A DNA stretch of 64,000 nucleotides from a virus. The notes under the pieces are model-generated. The model ran no database searches. It was given only the letters and a program-made list of their open reading frames with translations, and was not told the origin of the DNA. Position numbers and translations under genes: made by a program. Below are positions 51,463 through 59,361 of the stretch, piece after piece; the first letter of the stretch is position 1; every line of letters starts with the position of its first letter. Location of the stretch: positions 1 through 64,000 of the IMG/VR virus record IMGVR_UViG_3300020731_000015; one strand, given 5' to 3'.

Positions 51463-51678
51463 ATGGATTGGATTTACTACGAACGCCGATACAAAGACGG
51501 CTCTTTGGCCGCTGGGTATCGCTATGACAACGAGCATCGTGGTGAAATCCTTACGGCTAACGGCTGGCAACACTCCGACAACTTCTTCCACAAACTAATC
51601 ACGGGCGACAACGCCCTACGCCAATTAGAGGGAATCCCCGGTTGGGCCTATAACGAACAGGGAAACTTGATTCAGTAG
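51463..51678 (+). CDS. small untagged protein, candidate immunity/antitoxin for the upstream synthetase
   Basis: 71 aa, starts 2 nt after the synthetase stop, carries neither tag nor W-leader. Confidence 0.5.
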   Translation: MDWIYYERRYKDGSLAAGYRYDNEHRGEILTANGWQHSDNFFHKLITGDNALRQLEGIPGWAYNEQGNLIQ

Positions 51679-51716
51679 GGTAAAGTATCGGGAATCCTAG
51701 TTTGGAAAGGCCCGTT

Positions 51717-52604
51717 ATGACTTCGGACATCAATGCTGAAATCTTGGCGTGGGTCCGACTAGCAAAGGCTGGCGATACCAAAGGTCACGCTTTTCACGGC
51801 AATCAGTATCAAGAGGGCGAGAGTGGTGGCGAAGCCCCAGCCCGACAGGTAGATTCGAGTCGCTATCAGGCAAATGGTCGCTACGGAACTGCTGAAACCA
51901 CCGAATCAATCAAGCCGACAGTTGCCGAAAAGCCAAAGCCCGCCGAACTTCCAAACCACGACACCCGCATAAAGAGCGACCCAGCCGATACCTCTCCAAA
52001 AGGCATAAAGAATTGGGCTCGAGAAATCCACTTCGCGCTCACTCGTGGCGAGCAACCCATTATCTCCGCCCAGCACTTCCCCGCCTTGATTGCTGAAATG
52101 GCCCGAACGAACTCAAAGGGCAACGACATAACCAACATCCGTATTGACGGAACTCGCCTTATGGGATTAGACGGAAAGGGCTACTCTCGCAGCAAAATGC
52201 CCCAAATTGACGAGAGCGAACGCCCCCAATTCCTAAAGGATATTGAGAAGTCAGACGGAATCACCGTAAAGCCAATGTCCGTTGACCCCACGACCCTAAA
52301 GCCAATCCAAAAGGAAATCAACGGCGACAAGTCTGGGGCGATTATGAAGAAGAACCCAGATGGTATTCCCGACAATATGCGAATCTTGGTTTCCAAAGAT
52401 GGTTATGTAGTGGATGGACACCACACTTGGGCCGCTGCCGTTGCGCTGAAATTGGCAGGAAAGTCGGCTCAATTCCCGGTCTATCAACTCTCCTGTGACT
52501 GGAAGAAAGCGATGGATGTCGGCCTCGCTTGGGATAAGGAACACAATGTTCCCCTACAAGGATTTGATACCAAGCCACCGGTTTTATCAAAATCCGTGAA
52601 ATAA
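51717..52604 (+). CDS. tagged ParB/Srx-fold protein
   Basis: INAEILAWVRLAK leader; tag at 51765; LKPIQKEI..ILVSKDGYVVDGHHTWAA. Confidence 0.78.
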   Translation: MTSDINAEILAWVRLAKAGDTKGHAFHGNQYQEGESGGEAPARQVDSSRYQANGRYGTAETTESIKPTVAEKPKPAELPNHDTRIKSDPADTSPKGIKNWAREIHFALTRGEQPIISAQHFPALIAEMARTNSKGNDITNIRIDGTRLMGLDGKGYSRSKMPQIDESERPQFLKDIEKSDGITVKPMSVDPTTLKPIQKEINGDKSGAIMKKNPDGIPDNMRILVSKDGYVVDGHHTWAAAVALKLAGKSAQFPVYQLSCDWKKAMDVGLAWDKEHNVPLQGFDTKPPVLSKSVK

Positions 52605-52611
52605 TAGGATT

Positions 52612-53019
52612 ATGACGAACGCATCAGATTTCAGCAGAGGCAATTTGCTTGGCCCAGATGGGGTTTATCGTGAGTTCATCAAGGGTGATTTCTCTGGCCA
52701 CGTCTTTCGTGGCAACCAGCACTCGGTCGGTGGCGTAGGTCACTTCGACCCTTGGCGCGCAACCCTAATGACTATCTGTGCTTCGGGCCACCAGAACACC
52801 ATCGGCGTTCCCCCAACTTGGATTGAGCGTGATGCTCAAGGTAAGCCAACTGGTCAGTTCACGGCGGGAACCCAGAGCCGTATGTGCGCTACTTGTTCCA
52901 AACCTCTACCTAACCGTTGGAAGTTGATAAACGGACAGAAGTTTATTCAGCCCGACAAGCAACCCGTGACGAGCGCAAACCAATGGCTTTACGGTGGAGT
53001 AAAGAACTATGTCAAGTAG
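52612..53019 (+). CDS. tagged small Zn-ribbon protein
   Basis: FIK|GDFSGHVFRGNQH (52681); CASGH..CATC. Confidence 0.65.
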   Translation: MTNASDFSRGNLLGPDGVYREFIKGDFSGHVFRGNQHSVGGVGHFDPWRATLMTICASGHQNTIGVPPTWIERDAQGKPTGQFTAGTQSRMCATCSKPLPNRWKLINGQKFIQPDKQPVTSANQWLYGGVKNYVK

Positions 53020-56000
53020 TTTGGAAAAGCAAGTCTTCCAGCCGAACTTCGTAAAGTTCACCAACACGGAAATCGTTGACCGCAACCCTATTTCTGGCAC
53101 GACTTTCTTTGGAAACCAGAACAACGGCTTCCAACTCGTTAAGTTTGCTGATGGCTCTAACGGAGTTGAGAAGCGACTCAAGCATTGGGTCGGGAACAAG
53201 ACTGGTCGCCTCTATCGTGGCGAACTTCTCGGTGCGCAGGAATACCTAGCGGCTCGTGTGGGCGAAGTAATGAACGCCCCTATCCGTGACTGCCACTTCA
53301 CTAGCAAAGACGCACAGAGTATCGTTATGCCGTTTATTGATGGGCGCTCTGGTGCTGAAATGAACGATAAGGATATCCCCGACACTCCACAAGGAGTAGC
53401 CCTACGACTATTTGACTACCTAGTAGCCAACGCAGACCGACGCCCCAAGAATATTATGTTTGCTGATAACGGAAACATAGTGGGTATTGACCACGCCCTT
53501 TGTAATTTCCGGCCTCGTGAGCCTAAGCCAGAGTTGATTACTATCCTTTGGAACGGCGGAGTCACCCTAAGTAGTTTGGAAATCCTAAAGCCAAAACTGC
53601 TTGCTCTCGGTGGTTTGTTTTCCCAAATGGGTATGACAGAAAAGTTTGGAAACCTAATCGGCAACCTCGACCGATTGATTGCGGCTTTCACCAAAATCCA
53701 AAATATCGCGGTGGCTAAGGCCGCCTTTGACTCACAGACCCCACCACAAGCCGTTCAACAAGCAGCGAAACAGGCTTTGGAGTGGATAGCAGACGGCAAG
53801 GCTGGTAGGAACTTTACCTCGGTAGGTCGTAAAAGGGCTTCAGACCTCGCTCACGGACACCCAGTATCCCTAGAAACCCTAAAGCGTATGAAAGCCTACT
53901 TTGATAGGCACGGCGTTGATAAGCAGACCCCACATTGGAACGAGCCAAGCCCCGGCAAGGTGGCGTGGTATGCGTGGGGTGGAGATGCTGGCTACTCGTG
54001 GGCTAAGAAGATGGTCGCTCGTGCTGAAAAGGCCGCAGAAGCGGTCCGTAAAGATGCCGACACCGATAGGAAAAAAGCGGACGCGAAACTAAAGGAAGCA
54101 GAAGCACTAGCGGCAGAAGCCTTTGATTTTCGCCGTAGGGAACACTTTGAGTCGGCCGCCAACGCTCACGCCAATGCCTCACGCTTATTCTTTGAGGCTT
54201 CCAAACTCTACGGAAATGACGAGAATGGTGATGCCGTAAGCGCACTCGCTAGGGGAAACTCGGAGAAAGACCTAGCCGAATCCGCCCGATTTACAGACCA
54301 GATGGGCGAACAACACAGTCCTGCTGAAATCCACGATGGAACTTGGGTGGATGGGGGTGCTTGGGCTGGCGGAACCGACCCGGTGGAAAAGGGAGATGTC
54401 GTAGGACACGAGTTCCACGGGAATCAATGGACCGGAGATGAATACGACTTCAATAAGGATTCTTACGACCACAATGCTTGGGGTTCGCCACTCAAGTATG
54501 ACTCTTGGACAGGGGCAACGACCGAAGACAAGTCAGAAAAAGTTGGTGATTATGTCTTTAATTCTAGGTTGCCTAGTAGCGAATACATCGCTTATATGAA
54601 GTCGCACTTTTCATACAACAACATACCAACGCCAGACAAACTAACCACTAACTGGAAAGATGAAATGGCGAAAGCACGGAGTAAGTATGTCGTTAGTGAT
54701 GTATGGGCTACGAAAATAAACGACAAATTGCGAAAAGACAAAGCACTTAGCCCCAAGCAACAAACGGAGTTTGAGGCCGTAAAGAAATGGGCCGAGTCAG
54801 AAACGATTATCAAACCGGTATCGCTATACCGAGTGTCTATCTTGCCTGATGCTGTTTTGGACAAACTGCAGCCCGGAACTTCCTACTTGGAAAAAGGATT
54901 CCAATCCACTTCCATATCACCATCAGATATGATTAATTACGGAGTATCCCGAAGATTGGGTGGGGATACCCATACGGCTATTAGCGGCAATAGGGTTTAT
55001 TTTAGGCTCAACGCACCAAAGGGAACGAAAGCCGTTGACGCTTACTCGGAAGAAGTGGTATTGCCACCCAACACGCAAGTTTCAGTCACTAGCCGAGCAA
55101 CCGACAAGATGGGTAATACCTACATCACGGCAGATATCAATAATAGCACGGAAGTCAAAAAGGGCGACTCGCCCGGTCACGAGTTTCACGGCAATCAGTA
55201 CGAGGCAGGTATCGTTTCCAAACTAGATGCTGGCGAGAGCCCCGAAATCGCTTCTGCTGATTTGCCCGGTCTGGTTTCTGGCATCCACGACTTAGGTTCT
55301 CGTGGTCACGGATACGACATTACGAACCTAAAAGTTGATGGAGAAAAGCCTTTCCAAACTGACCACGATGCTGATTTGCTTCGTGAGCATATGCCCCAAA
55401 TACTCCCAAGCCAACGAGCAGAGTTCCTCAAGGATATTCAGAGCGAATACGGAATTGTAAGCAAGGCAGAAGAGGTCAACCCCAAAACCCTAAAGCCCTC
55501 ACAAACAGAGATTGATGGTTGGAAGACGGGTGGCGTTTATAAGGAGTTTGCTGAAAAGGGCATACCCGCCGAGCGCGCTCCACTCGTTTCTAGCGACAAC
55601 TACATTATTGACGGACACCACTATTGGTCGGCGGCAATCGCCCTAAAAGCCGCAAACCCCGACTACAAACTCCCTATTCGCCGTTTATCCTGCGACCTAG
55701 ACACGGCACTAAAGGTTGCTAACCAATGGCACGACAAGGTTGGCAACCCACGCCTATCGCTGGGCGATACCCAAGTTTCCAAATCAGGAGTAGCCGGACA
55801 ATCTGGTGATAAAGAGGGCCACGCCTTTAGAGGCAACCAATGGTGGATGATGGGGCCAGACGGAGTTCCAGTTCCACGCCCTCGAGCACCTAAAACCGAT
55901 ACGGGAGACAAGACACCAGCGGCCCCTAAAGCCCCAAGGGTATCAACCCCACGCGCTCCAAAAGCCACGCCAACTGCTGAAACGCCTAAGCCTATCTACC

Positions 56001-57256
56001 AAGAAGACCTCAAAGTTCCATACGGCAAGGGAGTTATTCCGCCGGGCTGGAAGAAAACTGGCACGACTTCGGTAGTTATCCCGTCTAGAGATTGGAGTAA
56101 GCCGCCGAAGATAGTTAATTGCACAACCTTTTCTTCAGCAAAGGGCAACACCGCTATTATCGGCACAAGAGCGCGTGGGTGGAAGATAGGCGACCGATAC
56201 ACCAATACCGTCTTGATGACGATTGACAGATTTGCTACGGGAAAGCAAGTTGAGTTTGTTCACACTCTAAGACAAGGCGCGAACACCCTTGCTTCTGTCT
56301 CTTTGGGAAATCCAAACTCCCTAATGATTGGCCGCTATGGAATTATTGGTAGAGACTTAAAGGCGGGCATAGAAAAGTATCGCCCCAACTACCAAACAGA
56401 TGATACGACACCAGAGGCAATCAAGGCTCAAGCCGATTGGGATTCCCTAAAGGATACGGCAGTCGCACAGGCAAAGGGTGAAATCAACACCCAAGAGGGT
56501 CGTGATGCTTTGGATAAGGTCGAGGCAACGCTTCAGGCTACTGATAATTCCAATTTGGCTAAGGGCTTTACGATTGACAAGTTGGGCCGAACTTGGAACA
56601 CGGGCGACCTATTTATGTCCTCCCAACGCCGTATTGAGTCAACGATTATCCACGAACTAGGCCACTCCAACTTCTTTAGTGATGGCAAAAAAATAACCGA
56701 TGTAATCCCAGAACTCCAAAAGTCTTTGGGTAGCAAAGTAGACCTTTCTAAAGAAAACGAGAGCGGCAAAAGGGGTTTCGTAAGAAACATCAAGACCCCC
56801 GCCCTCAATTTCGGTGGAAAGACAATAGTTCCTAGAGGTGAAGTTAAAGACTTTCTAGATAAACACGAGCCCGGCATCTACCCTCTCTCGTTGGATACAA
56901 CGAAAGCCCTCAAAGCGATTGGTGGAACCAAATACGGAACGAGCAGTCTCCAAGAGTTAGGTGCTGAATCGTTCGCCCAATTCCAACTAGGGATAACCCA
57001 ATCGCCCATAACCCAAGCCTTTGCTACCTCTCTCGGCTGGCAACAGGCTGGAACTACGGTAGCCAAGTCTGGTAGCGTTGCTGATATGAGTCAATCCCAA
57101 TCCCCCAATGTTTACTACTCGCCAGAGTTCGGTGGGGAAGTCGCACGGGTATTCCTAGAGGATTCCCTTGATGGCCCACGCCTTGTGGTTGGTGATTCGG
57201 TGGAAAACTACGGCCACCCAGACCAGACTGACGACTCGACTGAAGACGAGGAATAA
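53009..57256 (+). CDS. polyvalent polyprotein: HipA/PI3-4-kinase-like, conserved AW..WGG domain, VIP2-like ART, ParB/Srx, zincin metallopeptidase
   Basis: FDYLVANADRRPKNIM..IDH; AWYAWGGDAG; LYR..GFQSTS..EEVVLP; IIDGHHYW; HELGH..ELGAESF; tags at 54389, 55160 and 55781. Confidence 0.82.
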   Translation: MSSSLEKQVFQPNFVKFTNTEIVDRNPISGTTFFGNQNNGFQLVKFADGSNGVEKRLKHWVGNKTGRLYRGELLGAQEYLAARVGEVMNAPIRDCHFTSKDAQSIVMPFIDGRSGAEMNDKDIPDTPQGVALRLFDYLVANADRRPKNIMFADNGNIVGIDHALCNFRPREPKPELITILWNGGVTLSSLEILKPKLLALGGLFSQMGMTEKFGNLIGNLDRLIAAFTKIQNIAVAKAAFDSQTPPQAVQQAAKQALEWIADGKAGRNFTSVGRKRASDLAHGHPVSLETLKRMKAYFDRHGVDKQTPHWNEPSPGKVAWYAWGGDAGYSWAKKMVARAEKAAEAVRKDADTDRKKADAKLKEAEALAAEAFDFRRREHFESAANAHANASRLFFEASKLYGNDENGDAVSALARGNSEKDLAESARFTDQMGEQHSPAEIHDGTWVDGGAWAGGTDPVEKGDVVGHEFHGNQWTGDEYDFNKDSYDHNAWGSPLKYDSWTGATTEDKSEKVGDYVFNSRLPSSEYIAYMKSHFSYNNIPTPDKLTTNWKDEMAKARSKYVVSDVWATKINDKLRKDKALSPKQQTEFEAVKKWAESETIIKPVSLYRVSILPDAVLDKLQPGTSYLEKGFQSTSISPSDMINYGVSRRLGGDTHTAISGNRVYFRLNAPKGTKAVDAYSEEVVLPPNTQVSVTSRATDKMGNTYITADINNSTEVKKGDSPGHEFHGNQYEAGIVSKLDAGESPEIASADLPGLVSGIHDLGSRGHGYDITNLKVDGEKPFQTDHDADLLREHMPQILPSQRAEFLKDIQSEYGIVSKAEEVNPKTLKPSQTEIDGWKTGGVYKEFAEKGIPAERAPLVSSDNYIIDGHHYWSAAIALKAANPDYKLPIRRLSCDLDTALKVANQWHDKVGNPRLSLGDTQVSKSGVAGQSGDKEGHAFRGNQWWMMGPDGVPVPRPRAPKTDTGDKTPAAPKAPRVSTPRAPKATPTAETPKPIYQEDLKVPYGKGVIPPGWKKTGTTSVVIPSRDWSKPPKIVNCTTFSSAKGNTAIIGTRARGWKIGDRYTNTVLMTIDRFATGKQVEFVHTLRQGANTLASVSLGNPNSLMIGRYGIIGRDLKAGIEKYRPNYQTDDTTPEAIKAQADWDSLKDTAVAQAKGEINTQEGRDALDKVEATLQATDNSNLAKGFTIDKLGRTWNTGDLFMSSQRRIESTIIHELGHSNFFSDGKKITDVIPELQKSLGSKVDLSKENESGKRGFVRNIKTPALNFGGKTIVPRGEVKDFLDKHEPGIYPLSLDTTKALKAIGGTKYGTSSLQELGAESFAQFQLGITQSPITQAFATSLGWQQAGTTVAKSGSVADMSQSQSPNVYYSPEFGGEVARVFLEDSLDGPRLVVGDSVENYGHPDQTDDSTEDEE

Positions 57257-57406
57257 GAAACCCCCCAACCGAAGTCAGGGGGTTTCAGCGACTAGGCAGT
57301 ATCCGGTTCCGAAAGCGACATCCGGCTAGGCTTGCGGACCGGTGGCTCTCGCCACGCAGCGTTCAAGGTTCGCCCCGTGTCCGTCCTTTCAGCGGCGGAT
57401 ACTACA
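57250..57406 (-). ncRNA. putative structured non-coding RNA
   Basis: Own promoter (TTGACA 57441-57436, N17, TAGTAT), 10-bp closing stem GTAGTATCCG/CGGATACTGC, GTGGC-GAGA-GCCAC hairpin, downstream terminator, no ORF. Confidence 0.65.
57257..57286. terminator. intrinsic terminator hairpin
   Basis: GAAACCCCC...GGGGGTTTC right after the polyprotein stop; T-rich tail on the minus strand. Confidence 0.7.
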
Positions 57407-57578
57407 TAAGTAATACTATACCCCTATCTAGTGTTTGTCAAGTCTTTATCCCCACTATTTTCGGGCTCTCCAACGGCATAAATCCTTGTAAATAAAGGGA
57501 TTTCAGCAGTTGCTTGCTTCGGATACCCCAACCGACTAGGATGGTTAAAACCCCCAATGGGCGACCAAAGGAGGCGTT

Positions 57579-58172
57579 GTGACAAGCAACCCTGTAGTAA
57601 TGCGCAGTGTTATTCGTAGTATCTGGCAAGACTTATGTGATGGTGTCGAAGAGATGGGCGCGAAAGCGGCCTCGGCGGTGGCTCTAGGGCTAGCGATTAT
57701 CTTCGCCGTGAGCGGGCTACAACCGATAGCCCAAGCAAGCACCCCAACTAGGGCAATCACCCCTATAGTCGTAAACGCTAAAGCGGTGTCTAGCCCCTAT
57801 GCCAACTTCCCCAAACTAATCAACTATGAGATTGGTGATTCCAAGTGGCGAACTTGGACTTGGGATAAGACCGCCTATAGGCCGTCTTTGGTTGACCCCA
57901 CACGAGCCCTACCGCTCAAGGCCCAAGTCACCTTTGCCTGTATCCGATACGCCGAAAGCCGTAATCACCCCAACGATACGAACCAGCAATCGGGTGCAGA
58001 GGGCCTTTACCAATTCCTGCCCTACCTATGGCAATATGGGGCAAAAGCCCTCGGTATCAAGGCCGTTAGTGCCAATAACGCCACCCCCGAACAGCAGAGT
58101 GCCGTAGCCGTTTGGTATTACAAACGAAACGCTGGCTTCTACCCCGAATGGGTGGATGGCTGCACGGGCTAA
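57579..58172 (+). CDS. secreted lytic transglycosylase (Rpf/lysozyme-like)
   Basis: Signal/TM segment; CIRYAES..SGAEGLYQF..W..ATPEQQ. Confidence 0.75.
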   Translation: MTSNPVVMRSVIRSIWQDLCDGVEEMGAKAASAVALGLAIIFAVSGLQPIAQASTPTRAITPIVVNAKAVSSPYANFPKLINYEIGDSKWRTWTWDKTAYRPSLVDPTRALPLKAQVTFACIRYAESRNHPNDTNQQSGAEGLYQFLPYLWQYGAKALGIKAVSANNATPEQQSAVAVWYYKRNAGFYPEWVDGCTG

Positions 58173-58312
58173 GTCGAAAGTCGCTATAGTGGATGCCGAA
58201 AGGCGTTCCTTTCCAAATCATCAGTATCAGCAAAAAGTCCTCACGAAAGGTTCGTGGGGATTTTTTGTTTATTGGCTTGATTTGCCCCACCACATCAGTT
58301 ATCATTAGTCCT

Positions 58313-59071
58313 ATGGCTAACGAAACCAAACAGATGACTGCGGTTTCACTATTTGCGGGCGTGGGCGGTTTCGACTTAGCACTAGAGCGCAACGGAGTGA
58401 ATGTCGTAGCGGCAGTAGAAATTGACAAACACGCACAAGCAGTGTTGGCAAAGCAGTTCCCAAATACAAAACTATTCAACGATGTCACGGAGGTATCGGG
58501 TGAGCAACTTATTTCAGCAGGATTTGACCCAAGAAACGGAATCCTTGTCGGTGGATTCCCCTGCCAAGACCTTTCCGTTGCCGGAAGACGTGCAGGGCTG
58601 GCTGGAAAGAGAAGCGGCCTCTTCTACGAAGTCGCGCGCATCATCGAAGAACTCCAACCGGAGTGGTTCGTCCTCGAAAATGTCCCCGGCCTTTTATCAA
58701 GTCAGCAGGGAGCAGATATGGGAGCAGTTGTCGGAACGCTGGTTGACCTCGGGTACGGCGTCAGTTGGCGGGTGTTGGATGCTCAATACTTCGGAGTTCC
58801 CCAGCGGCGGCGTCGTGTCTTCATCGTTGGCCGACGTTCTGGAGACTGGAGAAGTACCGCAAAAGTATTATTTGAGCGCGAAAGCGTGTGCGGGGATTCT
58901 GACCAGAGCCGAGCGACGGGGGAAGAAACTACCCGAACCGCTTTTACAAGCATTGAAAGCACAAGCGGCGGATTACAAGCCGGAGTAGCAAAGGGGGGAG
59001 TGTCCGTCACAGATGAGAACACGACCAACCCTTTTACAAGTCAGGATTTGCTGAATACTCAACAGGTGTAG
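58313..59071 (+). CDS. C5 cytosine DNA methyltransferase, N-terminal part (motifs I-VIII)
   Basis: SLFAGVGG, GGFPCQDLS, ENVPG, QRRRRVF; no motif IX/X before the stop. Confidence 0.9.
   Translation: MANETKQMTAVSLFAGVGGFDLALERNGVNVVAAVEIDKHAQAVLAKQFPNTKLFNDVTEVSGEQLISAGFDPRNGILVGGFPCQDLSVAGRRAGLAGKRSGLFYEVARIIEELQPEWFVLENVPGLLSSQQGADMGAVVGTLVDLGYGVSWRVLDAQYFGVPQRRRRVFIVGRRSGDWRSTAKVLFERESVCGDSDQSRATGEETTRTAFTSIESTSGGLQAGVAKGGVSVTDENTTNPFTSQDLLNTQQV
58422..58988 (+). CDS. alternative-frame MTase accessory polypeptide (M.EcoHK31I beta-like); start uncertain
   Basis: Entirely overlaps the MTase in another frame; SSLADVLE..VPQKYYLSAKACAGILTRAERRGKKLP..L..AL. Confidence 0.6.
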   Translation: MTNTHKQCWQSSSQIQNYSTMSRRYRVSNLFQQDLTQETESLSVDSPAKTFPLPEDVQGWLEREAASSTKSRASSKNSNRSGSSSKMSPAFYQVSREQIWEQLSERWLTSGTASVGGCWMLNTSEFPSGGVVSSSLADVLETGEVPQKYYLSAKACAGILTRAERRGKKLPEPLLQALKAQAADYKPE

Positions 59072-59361
59072 GCACACTACGCGCCTCATCTTCGCAAGAA
59101 GACCACATTCTTGTTGAGCAAATCGGCTTTTCCGGTAGCAACTTTAACGGTTATGCTGAAACGCCCCAAATGGCTACCCTCGTGGCGACCGATAGCAAGA
59201 GAAGCGACAAGGTAGTTGTAGAGCGCCGAGTCAACTCTATGTATGGTGAAAAGATTGCCCCTACCCTCACGGCAAGTGGCAACGACTACATCGGGCTAGG
59301 CGTTCCTATGGTTTCCGTTGATACGCAAGAGCCAGTATTCGGTGCTTTTGAGGAACTATGA
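59017..59361 (+). CDS. MTase variable-region (TRD-like) segment in the -1 frame
   Basis: FYKSGFAEY..VGTLRAS..IAPTLTAS; frame open from 59017, first ATG at 59170. Confidence 0.5.
   Translation, partial: EHDQPFYKSGFAEYSTGVGTLRASSSQEDHILVEQIGFSGSNFNGYAETPQMATLVATDSKRSDKVVVERRVNSMYGEKIAPTLTASGNDYIGLGVPMVSVDTQEPVFGAFEEL

Noticed and set aside
37232-55843. Recurrent GG(C/T)CACGAGTT(C/T)CACGG..AA(C/T)CA DNA repeat as a CRISPR array or DNA element
   Set aside because: Copies are kilobases apart, always in frame, and vary at synonymous positions, so it is a peptide motif.
37232-55843. Tagged segments as inteins
   Set aside because: No Cys/Ser start with His-Asn end or LAGLIDADG/HINT motifs at the junctions.
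57296-57405. tRNA or hammerhead ribozyme
   Set aside because: No cloverleaf with T-loop and CCA; CUGAAAG does not match the CUGANGA core.
58193-58312. N-terminal extension of the C5 MTase given in the ORF track
   Set aside because: Motif I lies just after ATG 58313; the upstream part looks like intergenic hairpin/promoter sequence.
58990-58996. A AAG GGG as the functional slippery site
   Set aside because: A -1 shift here meets TGA at 59014 within a few codons.
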